Assembly (NCBI GenBank): GCA_965228595.1
Contig: OZ245828.1
Coordinates: 5,255,846-5,279,845 of the forward strand
Direction: 5' to 3'
Length of the DNA stretch: 24,000 nucleotides
Source of the DNA: Cyclobacteriaceae bacterium
GTDB taxonomy: Bacteria; Bacteroidota; Bacteroidia; Cytophagales; Cyclobacteriaceae
In this document: piece after piece, positions 1 to 9,098 of the stretch
Layout of the letters: each line of letters begins with the position of its first letter
Position numbering within the stretch: position 1 is the first letter of the stretch
Notes under the pieces: generated by a model
The model's database searches: none
What the model saw: only the letters and a program-made list of their open reading frames with translations
What the model was told of the DNA's origin: nothing
Translations under genes and position numbers: made by a program

Positions 1-1
1 C

Positions 2-1309
2 TTTCAGAAGAAAGGAGATGAGGTTGTGCGTAAGAACCAGGACCTGTTACAGGCTGGTTACCAATGGGCAGAACAACATCTGGATCTGCATTTTTCTATT
101 CCAGCCAAAAAAACGGAAGACGAAATCGTAGTGATGAATGGGAACGAAGCCATCAGCCTGGGGGTAATGGCATCAGGGATGGAAGTATGCTCTATGTATC
201 CGATTACCCCGGCTACCTCAGCAACACATGGCATGGCAGAGACCATAGAGTCGGCAGGAGGGGTCATCCACCAGGCTGAAGATGAGATAGCGGCCATTGG
301 CTTCGCCATTGGGGCTTCTTATGCTGGCAAGACAGCGATCACGATCACATCCGGACCGGGTATCGCTTTGAAGACGGAATTCATTGGACTGGCCAGCATG
401 GCTGAGATTCCTCTGGTGATCATTGATATCCAGCGGGGAGGTCCTTCAACCGGTTTGCCCACCAAAGTAGAGCAAGGTGATTTGTTGGCTTCGCTATACG
501 GCACACCTGGAGACGCTCCTAAAATCATTTTGGCGCCCGCTACCATTGAAGAGTGTTTTCACTATGTAATCCTTGCCAGAAAATTAGCAGAAGCCTTCAG
601 GATACCTGTGTTTGTGCTTTCCGATGCCAACCTGGCCACAGGTGTACAACCCTTTAAGCGGCCCCAGGTAAAAGAAGAATGGTTTGCTTCCGAACCCGAT
701 CAACATCCCTGGGACAAGGAGATAAGTCCGTATGAATGGAATGAGCAGACCGGAATCAGCAAACGGCCTATTCCCGGTCAAAAAGGGGGAATGTACACGC
801 TGACAGGCCTGGCACATGATAAAGGAAGTCATGTAGCTTATGATCCTGCCATCAACCAACGCGCCATGGAGGCCAGAAGCAGAAAGTTGGCCACATTAAA
901 AGATACGTTAAAACCTCCCAGAATACATGGTGATGAATCCGGGGACCTGTTGTTGGTCGGATGGGGTTCTACACGTGGAGCGATCGAAGAAGCTGTGACC
1001 AGAGCCCGGGAAAAAGGCGCTTCGGTGAGTAGTATAAACCTACATTTTCTCAGTCCGCTGGAGCCCGGTTTAAAAGAAATATTTAAACGATTCAAACAAG
1101 TCATGACAGTGGAGATCAACTACAGTGATACAATTGGGAATCCACATATCACTGAAGAGAACAGGAGATATGCACAGTTGGCCTGGTACCTGAGGGCTCA
1201 GACCCTGGTGGATATTGACTGCTTCAGTCATGTGTTTGGTCAACCGATGAGTCCTTTCAGGATTCTAAAGATGATGGAAAGTAAATTGAACATGGAATTA
1301 ATTGATTAA
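2..1309 (+). CDS. korA: 2-oxoacid:ferredoxin oxidoreductase alpha subunit, 5' end outside the window
   Basis: The frame is open from nt 2 with no upstream stop, so the listed GTG at 26 is probably internal. Alpha-subunit motifs are present: YPITPAT, GASYAGKTAITITSGPG and RGGPSTGLPTKVEQGDL. The first visible residues (KKGDEVV..N..LLQAGY) resemble the end of a fused gamma domain. Confidence 0.9.
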   Translation, partial: FQKKGDEVVRKNQDLLQAGYQWAEQHLDLHFSIPAKKTEDEIVVMNGNEAISLGVMASGMEVCSMYPITPATSATHGMAETIESAGGVIHQAEDEIAAIGFAIGASYAGKTAITITSGPGIALKTEFIGLASMAEIPLVIIDIQRGGPSTGLPTKVEQGDLLASLYGTPGDAPKIILAPATIEECFHYVILARKLAEAFRIPVFVLSDANLATGVQPFKRPQVKEEWFASEPDQHPWDKEISPYEWNEQTGISKRPIPGQKGGMYTLTGLAHDKGSHVAYDPAINQRAMEARSRKLATLKDTLKPPRIHGDESGDLLLVGWGSTRGAIEEAVTRAREKGASVSSINLHFLSPLEPGLKEIFKRFKQVMTVEINYSDTIGNPHITEENRRYAQLAWYLRAQTLVDIDCFSHVFGQPMSPFRILKMMESKLNMELID

Positions 1310-2272
1310 GTGATGATCGCAGTGAACCCTGATGCATGTGAGATCGCCATTCCGGATGGCATTTTCCATCTGGAGGACTACACCAGCAGTAAGGCCAGGT
1401 GGTGTTCGGGCTGTGGTGCTCATTCTATCCTGAATGCGGTCAAACTGCTATGTAAGGAAGAACAGCTGCCACCCGAAAAGACTGTTTTTGTCTCCGGAAT
1501 AGGATGTAGCGGGAGATTTCCGCACTACATGAATACGTATGGCTTTCATGGATTGCATGGACGGGCTTTTCCTGTTGCCAGTGGGGTGAAATTTCGCAGA
1601 CCTGACCTGAATGTGTTTGTGATCACCGGAGATGGTGATTGCTGTTCTATTGGTGCCGGCCATTGGGTGCATGCTATTCGGTACAACATGAAGATGGTTG
1701 TTTTGCTATTCGATAATTCCATCTATGGATTGACTAAAAAACAGACGTCACCGACCAGTCCGATGGGGACGGTGACGAATACACACCCCAGGGGGTCTGT
1801 TTTACCACCAATAAACCCTATCCAGTCCACACTGGGGCTGCCCAATGTATCTTTTGTGGCGCAAACGGTAGACTGGAAACCCGCACACCTTCAGGCGACC
1901 ATCCAAAAGGCTTATGAACATCCGGGATTGGCTTTTGTACGGATTGTACAGCGTTGTCCTGTCTTTATGCATGACAATTATGAACCTACGGTCAAAGATC
2001 CTGATGCCATCACCGTCCTTGATCATGAAAATGGCATTAAACTTTCTGAGAAAGAGCTGGCAAAATTCAGGCACGTGATCGATCATGACCCTTCGGACCT
2101 TGTAAAGGCCAGGGAGGTAGCGGAGCTAGTGAAAAAAACACTTCCTATTGGGCTTTTTTATCAGAATAAAGAAGCTGTCAGGTATGATGAGTATGGAGCT
2201 CATAATATAGGCATCTCTGTGCAGGATAGAATGAAAGCGATTGACCATTTAATGGATCATTATGCCGTCTGA
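1310..2272 (+). CDS. korB: 2-oxoacid:ferredoxin oxidoreductase beta subunit (TPP-binding)
   Basis: Cys motifs CSGCG and GIGCSGR are present, as is the TPP motif GDGD...FDNSIYGLTKKQ. The start abuts the korA stop (TAA GTG ATG). The ATG at 1313 is an equally plausible start. Confidence 0.9.
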   Translation: MMIAVNPDACEIAIPDGIFHLEDYTSSKARWCSGCGAHSILNAVKLLCKEEQLPPEKTVFVSGIGCSGRFPHYMNTYGFHGLHGRAFPVASGVKFRRPDLNVFVITGDGDCCSIGAGHWVHAIRYNMKMVVLLFDNSIYGLTKKQTSPTSPMGTVTNTHPRGSVLPPINPIQSTLGLPNVSFVAQTVDWKPAHLQATIQKAYEHPGLAFVRIVQRCPVFMHDNYEPTVKDPDAITVLDHENGIKLSEKELAKFRHVIDHDPSDLVKAREVAELVKKTLPIGLFYQNKEAVRYDEYGAHNIGISVQDRMKAIDHLMDHYAV

Positions 2273-4001
2273 AAACACACAAATCGAAGCATTGGAAAAA
2301 CCACTTGTTTTCCATATCAAAGCAGCAGTGGAAGGTGAAGAAGTTTCCCCTGAAAAATTCTGGGACCAACTGCGGAATTACTATCGGACTGCCGAACTTC
2401 CAAAAGGGTATAAACACCCTAAGCTTGTTTCGGTATTCAGTCATCAATTGGCTGGTGAAATCAAGGATTCACATACTGAGGCAAAAGAGTCTACATCAGG
2501 AGCTCCATTACTTTTCAAAACACTCAATGACGGGGTAGCCATTTACCAGCAGGTCATCAGTGCCCGATTTCGACAAAAGTCAGCTGACCTGATGAATGCC
2601 CTGAAAGTGTTGCTCAAGGTACCGGAAAACCAAAAAACAATTGGAGAGATCTATGATTTTGCGGAAGAAGTGATTGCTTTTGAAAAGCTTTCCGGATTGA
2701 TACCGGAAACAGAAGGCAAACAATTGACTAAATCCAGGAGCCAACGTTTGGTCCGTGTGCTGGACATGTTACAGCATGGATTGAAATACCTGGAAGGAAA
2801 ACTGGCAACAGTGATGATTGCCGAAGGGATGGCCATGGAACACGAGACGTTATCACACTGTGAAATTATCACGGAGAAAGATGATGTGTTTTCCAAAGCA
2901 GATGAGACCATCAGAGAGCAGATGGACCACTTTTTAGCCATTATCAAAGCCTTTAGAATCGCGGAATTGGAAGTAGATGGAGCATATAAAGAAGATATCC
3001 ACAATGAATATTTCGATCACTTTTCCTGGTACCAACTGACTGCCGAAGAGCGAAGATTATTTCATCCCTTCATTATTGTTGTGGATCATGCATATCTGAT
3101 GGCAAACCTGGATATTTATTCCCAATTACTTGCTTCAAACTGGCCTTTTAAATTCATCGTATTAAACAACCAGGGGGTGAGTCAAACTGCTGAGCATGTT
3201 AGTTGGGAGGATGCCGCCCATCGGTACAGACAGGAGCTCTCTATGCTGACCATTGCTCATCGCAATGTTTTTACTTTTCAGTCCACCCTGCAAAGTAAGA
3301 GCACGTTGATGCAGGGCATCAATGGTTGTTTACATTCATCCGGCCCGTCCCAGGCACACATACTGCTGCCAGAAAACGGAGATAAAATAATAACTGACCG
3401 GGCAGCAGCTTTGAGCAGGTACTTTCCTAACATCAAGTACAACCCTGAAGCAGATCCAAAAGCCGGGCCACGTTTAAGTCTGGAAGGTAATGAGCAACCG
3501 ATGAAGGATTGGCCGGTATTTGAGCTGACTATCGATGAAGGAGTAGGGGATGGCACCATGGAGCTTCCTTTCATCTATGCTGATTATAAGGCATTTTTTC
3601 CATCAAAAGTCAAAGAGCTGATGATCATCCCTTCGGCGTTTTATGGTGATAAACATCTGATCCCATTAAGCGAATATCTTACCCTCAAACCGGATCAGCT
3701 TATTGGCAAAGTACCATATATTTTGCTTGCTGATGGTGAGAGTGGGCTTTACAAAGCAGCCGTACCCAATGTGTGGGTAGTCTCCTGTCAGGAACGCCTG
3801 GATTTCTGGCAATTCCTTCAGGAAATGGGCAGGGTAGAAGCACAGGATGTACAGGAAAAACCACAAAATATCACCACAGATCAAACCAACCTGATCACAG
3901 CGCTCAAACACAAACATGAGCAGGAGATCCGTCAAATCAGGGAATCCGCGGTGAAGCAGGCTGCAGAGCAGCTTTTGGGAACACTCCTCCGGGATAAATA
4001 A
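2262..4001 (+). CDS. Hypothetical 579-aa protein with a degenerate PFOR domain-VI-like segment, translationally coupled to korB
   Basis: A long ORF whose ATG at 2262 overlaps the korB stop (2270-2272) by 11 nt. By eye, residues about 268-410 align with the TPP-binding and C-terminal region of pyruvate:ferredoxin oxidoreductase, but the GDG glycines are missing. See the findings. Confidence 0.75.
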   Translation: MPSENTQIEALEKPLVFHIKAAVEGEEVSPEKFWDQLRNYYRTAELPKGYKHPKLVSVFSHQLAGEIKDSHTEAKESTSGAPLLFKTLNDGVAIYQQVISARFRQKSADLMNALKVLLKVPENQKTIGEIYDFAEEVIAFEKLSGLIPETEGKQLTKSRSQRLVRVLDMLQHGLKYLEGKLATVMIAEGMAMEHETLSHCEIITEKDDVFSKADETIREQMDHFLAIIKAFRIAELEVDGAYKEDIHNEYFDHFSWYQLTAEERRLFHPFIIVVDHAYLMANLDIYSQLLASNWPFKFIVLNNQGVSQTAEHVSWEDAAHRYRQELSMLTIAHRNVFTFQSTLQSKSTLMQGINGCLHSSGPSQAHILLPENGDKIITDRAAALSRYFPNIKYNPEADPKAGPRLSLEGNEQPMKDWPVFELTIDEGVGDGTMELPFIYADYKAFFPSKVKELMIIPSAFYGDKHLIPLSEYLTLKPDQLIGKVPYILLADGESGLYKAAVPNVWVVSCQERLDFWQFLQEMGRVEAQDVQEKPQNITTDQTNLITALKHKHEQEIRQIRESAVKQAAEQLLGTLLRDK

Positions 4002-4020
4002 GAAAGCATACAACTAATGA

Positions 4021-4042
4021 TATGTGTGTTCGAACACACATA
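4021..4042. promoter_or_regulatory. Perfect 22-bp palindrome TATGTGTGTTC|GAACACACATA (operator-like or hairpin)
   Basis: Read directly: the two 11-nt halves are exact reverse complements. It lies 20 nt after the stop of the 579-aa ORF and about 137 nt upstream of the PAP2 ATG. Confidence 0.5.
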
Positions 4043-4056
4043 GGATAAAAACACAT

Positions 4057-4070
4057 TGTGTTCGAGCACA
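4057..4070. promoter_or_regulatory. Second, imperfect copy of the same palindrome core (TGTGTTC|GAGCACA)
   Basis: Same 14-bp core as 4025-4038, with one mismatched pair. The centres are 32 bp apart (4031.5 versus 4063.5). Confidence 0.4.
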
Positions 4071-4178
4071 CAAAAATTCAGGGCTGAGCGCTGGATTAAC
4101 CTAAAAGTGATCTCCGTATGTTTAAAATCAACGATCCCATCCGTTTCCCTATTTTTGCCGCTTCACATCACTTTTGGT

Positions 4179-4955
4179 ATGAGAATAATCATTGGGATTC
4201 TTATTTTTCTTTTTTCCTATCAGACGATCGCTCAGCGGGATAGTTCCTATTACAAGGTAAATATCCCCATTGAAGGAGCTATTACAGCTGCAGGTTTTGT
4301 AACAACCACCATGCTCTTTAAGAGGCTTTTCAGCATCGCTACCATGACAGAAGATGATGTCCTGGCCCTGGATATCAATGACATCAATAGGTTTGACAGG
4401 CCTGTAGCAAGGTTTGACCCCAATGAATATGACACCAGCCAGAAGCTTTCCGATCTGTCAATGAACCTGTCTACCGCACTTCCATTTTTCCTGTTGATCG
4501 ACAGGAAGGTAAGACAAGACTGGGGAGCATACCTGGTGCTTTACCTGGAGTCACAAATGATCAATACATCCATCTATCAGGCAGGAGCATTTAGCTTTAG
4601 AAGGCCCCGACCGCTTACGTATAATGATGGGGTGGACATGGAAGTACGAACCGGGGAGCAACGCAGCAACTCATTCTTTAGTGGGCACGTGTCCACGGCA
4701 GCAACAGCCACCTTTTTTATGGCCAAGGTATTTACAGATTATCATGACATCACCGGATGGAAACGTTTTGCACTGTATGGAGCTGCCTCGGTACCCCCAT
4801 TATTCGTAGGCTATCACCGAATGCATGCTGGTAAGCACTTCCGGACAGATGTATTGCTTGGCTTTGTGATTGGTGCGGCGAATGGGATACTCATTCCACA
4901 CCTGCATGACCGGATGCGAGGGAAGAAAAAACAGGAGCCCAGGGTGGAGTATTAG
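4179..4955 (+). CDS. PAP2-family (type 2 phosphatidic acid phosphatase / haloperoxidase superfamily) membrane phosphatase
   Basis: PAP2 motifs are present: RRPRP, SGH (FFSGH) and R-x5-H-x3-D (HRMHAGKHFRTD). I prefer the ATG at 4179 (MRIIIGILIFLFSYQTIAQ, signal-like) to the TTG at 4056 given in the ORF track. Confidence 0.85.
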   Translation: MRIIIGILIFLFSYQTIAQRDSSYYKVNIPIEGAITAAGFVTTTMLFKRLFSIATMTEDDVLALDINDINRFDRPVARFDPNEYDTSQKLSDLSMNLSTALPFFLLIDRKVRQDWGAYLVLYLESQMINTSIYQAGAFSFRRPRPLTYNDGVDMEVRTGEQRSNSFFSGHVSTAATATFFMAKVFTDYHDITGWKRFALYGAASVPPLFVGYHRMHAGKHFRTDVLLGFVIGAANGILIPHLHDRMRGKKKQEPRVEY

Positions 4956-5131
4956 TGATTTTTCTAGGATGACTATATGCTATCGAGATTAGATATATAA
5001 TCCTGAATGAGCTCCTTAATGGAAAGGGTAAGATGAAAGATGACTTAGGTCGTCCTGTGACTTCTCTTGATCTTTCATATCATCATTATTCTTTGTAGGT
5101 TTAGTTCACGTAAAACTTAACCCAAATCATC

Positions 5132-5545
5132 ATGGAATTGAATTTCGGAGAAATAAACTGGTTATCCATTGTCGTATGCTTTATTGTTGGCCAGGTCTTC
5201 CTGACCTTATGGTTCAGTGTGTTTTTCGGTGAACAATGGGCCAAAGCCTATGACCCTGCAAAAAATAAAAATGAGCATACGAAGGAAGTTCCGGGTTACA
5301 CCTATGCATTTGGTGCTGTCTGCACTTTTCTTTTAACTATGGGATTGGAGTTGTTTCAAATTGCTTTTGGAGTTGACGATCTTAGTTCCGGACTGCAGTT
5401 AGGGGTCATCATCAGTATTTTCTTCATAATAGCAACCATGTTACCAGGATATGCTTTTCTTAGAAAATGGAACGCTGTGAGGCTTGCTCTTGGTAGTCAG
5501 GTCTTTGTCACTTTGATTATCTCTGCCATTTTGGGTGCATGGTAA
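5132..5545 (+). CDS. DUF1761-like small integral membrane protein
   Basis: 137 aa with about 4 hydrophobic segments. The N-terminal pattern NWLSIVVCFIVGQVFLTLWFSVFFGEQWAKAY resembles the DUF1761 family as I remember it. Confidence 0.7.
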   Translation: MELNFGEINWLSIVVCFIVGQVFLTLWFSVFFGEQWAKAYDPAKNKNEHTKEVPGYTYAFGAVCTFLLTMGLELFQIAFGVDDLSSGLQLGVIISIFFIIATMLPGYAFLRKWNAVRLALGSQVFVTLIISAILGAW

Positions 5546-5579
5546 TACCTGTTGAAGGGTGATTTGATATTTAAAAGAA

Positions 5580-6095
5580 ATGCCTGAATCTATCATTGAC
5601 GAGATCCTCCGAAGGCCCTCTACAAAGAAGCCGCTGCTAGATAGGCTCAGGAACGATCCGACAGAAGTCAGGAAAGCCATTGAGCTCGCCTTATCAGACA
5701 AACATCCTCAGGGTTGGCGTGCTGCCTGGATCCTCAAAGACATCATCAAGGATGAGGACCCAAGACTGGCACCTTATCTTGATCAAATGATTTCAGTACT
5801 TTCAGACCGAAAAGACGGACATCAGCGGGAGCTTATTCACCTGGTAGACAAATTCACCCTTTCCGATGAACAGGAGGGAATGCTATTTGACGCTTGCCTG
5901 GGTATATGGTCATCTATCAGGAAATCTCCCTCTGTTAGGATATTGGCATTTAAAAAGCTGGTAGCTATTATAAGGAAATATCCGGAGTTGATTCATGAGT
6001 TGAGCCATGTACTGGAAGACGAATATGGGGAAACGCTCTCACCGGCTGTGAAGCGGATCTTTGTGCGGTTGCGGAACGAATTGTTGGCGCATTAG
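5580..6095 (+). CDS. Hypothetical alpha-helical (HEAT/ARM-like) protein
   Basis: A 171-aa ORF starting 34 nt after the previous gene. Its helical-repeat-like composition vaguely recalls AlkD-like HEAT proteins, but there is no diagnostic motif. Confidence 0.6.
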   Translation: MPESIIDEILRRPSTKKPLLDRLRNDPTEVRKAIELALSDKHPQGWRAAWILKDIIKDEDPRLAPYLDQMISVLSDRKDGHQRELIHLVDKFTLSDEQEGMLFDACLGIWSSIRKSPSVRILAFKKLVAIIRKYPELIHELSHVLEDEYGETLSPAVKRIFVRLRNELLAH

Positions 6096-6185
6096 AAGTA
6101 GTCATAGGATGACTTCTTCCTAAGGAATAATTACCTACGAAACTCGAAAAGAACTTCTTATGGCTGTTTTAAATGAAAATGATTA

Positions 6186-6210
6186 GTTAGAGTCATCCAA
6201 TGACTCTAAC
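6186..6210. terminator. Hairpin between convergent genes (candidate bidirectional terminator)
   Basis: GTTAGAGTCAT-CCA-ATGACTCTAAC forms a perfect 11-bp stem with a 3-nt loop. It lies between the end of the 5580-6095 gene and the hrpB stop. There is no clear U-tract. Confidence 0.5.
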
Positions 6211-6221
6211 CTGAAGTCACC

Positions 6222-8696
6222 TTATGACTTCTTAAACACCCCTGGATCTACTGCCCAGGGATCCTCTGGCCAGCGGTGTTTTGGGTATCTTCTTTTCAGG
6301 TCTTTCCTCACCTCAAAATAGGCGTCATTCCAGAAACTTCGGAGGTCGGCTGTGCGTTGAACAGGCTTGAACCCAGGCGACAACAGGTCTAATAACACTT
6401 CTTGTTTGCCGCCATTGATCGTGGGTGTCTCAGCCAGCCCAAAAAGCTCCTGGAGGCGAACACTCAGGATCGGAGGAAGACCCTCTTCCCGGTATTTCAA
6501 TGGCAGCTGACTACCACTGGGTACTTTGATTTTTAGCGGAGCCAAACTATCCAGCAGTTGTTGTTTGTCATACGCTAGCGTATGTTGAAGCACTTCCCTA
6601 AGATTGATCTTTTTCAGGTCTTCCGGAGTCCGGACATTGTCCAAATAGGGCTCCAGCCACTTATCGGATGTCGACAGTAGGTTCTCCGTACTTACATCAG
6701 GCCAGGAGGTATCTTCATTCCACAGACGTAGTGATAGCACCCGCAACTGCCATTGTACCACTTCTTCACTGAAGTCGAGTAACTGCCTGCCTTCCTTACC
6801 AATCACCTCGAGGATCGCCGCTTTGATAGCGGAAGGGTCCGGATGGATCAGGGGTTTGCTCTGCAGGACAATACTTCCTATAGATAAATCTTTGGTGGCT
6901 ACTAAGCCACCTTTTCGGGTATCCCAGGTGATGACTTCCCGTTCCCTTACCCGAACAGCCAGGTCTTTGGGATTTAAGGGTGCTGCCAAATGAATTTTTC
7001 CCAGGCCATCTCTGGCATTGAGATGAGCTACCGCCAGCCAGGGTTCATGTGACAGGTCATCGCGGTGACCCGCGACTGCGTACCTGCCATTGGCGAGTTG
7101 AAATTGGGCATTGTTACCCGGTCTGGCACTGGCAATCCGCTCGGGATAGGCCATGCTCAGCACAAACCCAACTTCATAAGGATCAACGATCCCATTATCA
7201 GGCCCAGTTTTTAAGAGCCCCCGATAACTATTGGCTACCTGCTCTATGCGGCTCATGCGGCCGCCTTTGCGGTTTTCATCTCGAAAACGGTGGAGTGCTT
7301 CAACGCGAATGGAGAGGTCAATCCCTACATCCGGCAGGGGGTCACGTTCCTCGATCAGGGCAGCAATGTCTGTTGCCAGTGCGGCCATCCCCATCTTGTC
7401 AGCTTCAAGAAGCATATGAGCAATCCGGGGATGGCAGGGGAGTTGTTGTATCTGTTTCCCATGAGAGGTGATCTTACCGTCTTCCAGGGCCTCCAACTCA
7501 TGAAGGAGCTCGCTGGCGGCATGCATATGTCCCAATGGTGGTGGGTTCAGCCAATTCAGTTCCTGCGCATCGGTAATCCCCCAATGAGCAAGCTCCAGTG
7601 CCAGACTTGTCAGGTCAGCTTCAAGCAACTCTGGCGTGCTAAATTCCTGCAAATGAGCGTGGGTTGCCGGGGTCCACATTCTATAGCATACACCCGGAGA
7701 CAAACGACCGGCCCGTCCTGTTCTCTGATCTGCGGTGTCTTTGGTGACGGGTAAAGTCACTAAACGTGACAGCCCTGACCCCGGATCAAAGGAAGCCTTA
7801 CGGATAAACCCTGAATCCACTACCACCTTGATGCCTTCAATGGTGAGACTCGTTTCGGCTATGGAAGTAGCGAGAACTATCTTTCGTCGACCCTGCTTAT
7901 CGGGGAAAATGGCAGCTAGTTGCTTGTTTTGTGGTAGCTGGCCAAAGAGGGGATGAATGGCTGCCTGCGGAAGGTCTTTCTTTAGCAGCTCCTCACACTT
8001 ACGGATCTCACCTTCTCCAGGGAAAAAAGCCAGGATATCACCGGTCTGTTCCCGAAAGGCCTGCAGGATCACACGGGCCGCCATTTCAGGGATCATATAG
8101 GGGTCTGTTTCACCTGTGTATTGGATCGCAACAGGATATTGCTTTCCCTGACTTACTACTGCAGGGGCCTTAAGTAAGGTCTCCAGCTCAGGCATGTTAA
8201 GTGTTGCGGACATGACCAGCAAGCGAAGGTCGGGCCTGAGCACCTGCTGTGCTTCCAGGGTAAATGCCAGTGCCAGATCAGCATGGAGGCTGCGTTCATG
8301 AAATTCATCAAAAATGACCAGACCGACACCCTCCAGAGCATTGTCCGCCTGCAACATACGGGTTAGGATTCCCTCAGTGACGACTTCGATCTTTGTTTGA
8401 TCAGAGACACGTGTCTCGAAACGGATGCGATAGCCGACTGTCTGACCGACTGGTTCATCCAGTAGCTGGGCCATCCGGTATGCAATTGAGCGGGCCGCTA
8501 ACCGCCGGGGTTCGAGTAATATGATCTTCTGTCCTTCCAGCCATTTTTCTTCTAATAATGCCAGCGGAAGAATCGTGCTTTTACCCGCTCCGGGTGGGGC
8601 ATTAACGATCAGCCGGTTTCCTGAAGCTAGCCTGGCTTTTACATCGCCGATGATTTCTGTGATGGGTAAGTCAACCTTGTAGGGATCAAAAGACAA
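6222..8696 (-). CDS. hrpB: ATP-dependent RNA helicase HrpB (DEAH-box)
   Basis: 824 aa with Walker A (APPGAGKST), a DEFHERS (DEAH) box, SAT, and the typical HrpB length and C-terminal domain. The start codon at 8696 is TTG. Confidence 0.93.
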   Translation of the reverse strand: MSFDPYKVDLPITEIIGDVKARLASGNRLIVNAPPGAGKSTILPLALLEEKWLEGQKIILLEPRRLAARSIAYRMAQLLDEPVGQTVGYRIRFETRVSDQTKIEVVTEGILTRMLQADNALEGVGLVIFDEFHERSLHADLALAFTLEAQQVLRPDLRLLVMSATLNMPELETLLKAPAVVSQGKQYPVAIQYTGETDPYMIPEMAARVILQAFREQTGDILAFFPGEGEIRKCEELLKKDLPQAAIHPLFGQLPQNKQLAAIFPDKQGRRKIVLATSIAETSLTIEGIKVVVDSGFIRKASFDPGSGLSRLVTLPVTKDTADQRTGRAGRLSPGVCYRMWTPATHAHLQEFSTPELLEADLTSLALELAHWGITDAQELNWLNPPPLGHMHAASELLHELEALEDGKITSHGKQIQQLPCHPRIAHMLLEADKMGMAALATDIAALIEERDPLPDVGIDLSIRVEALHRFRDENRKGGRMSRIEQVANSYRGLLKTGPDNGIVDPYEVGFVLSMAYPERIASARPGNNAQFQLANGRYAVAGHRDDLSHEPWLAVAHLNARDGLGKIHLAAPLNPKDLAVRVREREVITWDTRKGGLVATKDLSIGSIVLQSKPLIHPDPSAIKAAILEVIGKEGRQLLDFSEEVVQWQLRVLSLRLWNEDTSWPDVSTENLLSTSDKWLEPYLDNVRTPEDLKKINLREVLQHTLAYDKQQLLDSLAPLKIKVPSGSQLPLKYREEGLPPILSVRLQELFGLAETPTINGGKQEVLLDLLSPGFKPVQRTADLRSFWNDAYFEVRKDLKRRYPKHRWPEDPWAVDPGVFKKS

Positions 8697-8856
8697 TGGG
8701 AGTGAAGGTTGGTATATCCGCGAAATTAAAAGGATGTGGTTGAAATTAAATCGGAATCAGGCTTTAAATAATAAGCTTGTTTGTTTGTGTTATCACCATA
8801 ACCATCAATCTAAGGATTGATTATCCAATTGAGCTTGACTGGATTGATTAAAATCA

Positions 8857-8873
8857 GGCCGCTCCTACGGAGC
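8857..8873 (+). repeat. Outer REP-like hairpin, forward (GGCC GCTCC-TAC-GGAGC)
   Basis: A 5-bp GC-rich stem with a 3-nt loop. It recurs at 9912-9928 and 12231-12243, and in inverted form at 9347-9363 and 10189-10205. Confidence 0.8.
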
Positions 8874-8896
8874 TAACTACAATTCGTCATTAATTT

Positions 8897-9098
8897 CTAC
8901 AAACAGGTCGTCCCTCCGGGACTCTTTTCGCTCCATGTAAGACTTCAATAATTGACATGTTCATTAAAGTTTAATGATAACATTCAGATCAGGCAGCCCT
9001 CTCAGCATGCGGCATTTTAATTTCAGCACATGAGCGTCGCACAAGCCATGAGGAAGACAAGCAAGGGAGAAAAGATTTATGGTTACAAAGGAAGCCCA
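8897..9098 (+). repeat. Unit A: inner box CTACAAACAGGTC + hairpin GTCCC-TCC-GGGAC + ~170-bp core
   Basis: It is a head-to-tail duplicate of unit B with a 202-bp period (8899 aligns with 9101). I count only 3 substitutions between A and B. Confidence 0.85.

Noticed and set aside
4056-4178. N-terminal extension of the PAP2 ORF from the TTG at 4056. The same issue applies to 13972 for the TonB receptor and 17283 for the MATE gene.
   Set aside because: The extensions start at weak codons or add non-signal sequence, and the 4056 one overlaps the palindromes. Internal ATGs give canonical signal peptides or family-typical N-termini.
7049-8173. Several + strand ORFs (7049-7471, 7231-7419, 7290-7754, 7735-7956, 7931-8173) antisense to hrpB
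   Set aside because: They lie entirely inside the well-supported 824-aa HrpB gene. Their Arg/Gly/Ser/Cys/Trp-rich translations are typical of shadow ORFs, with no motifs.
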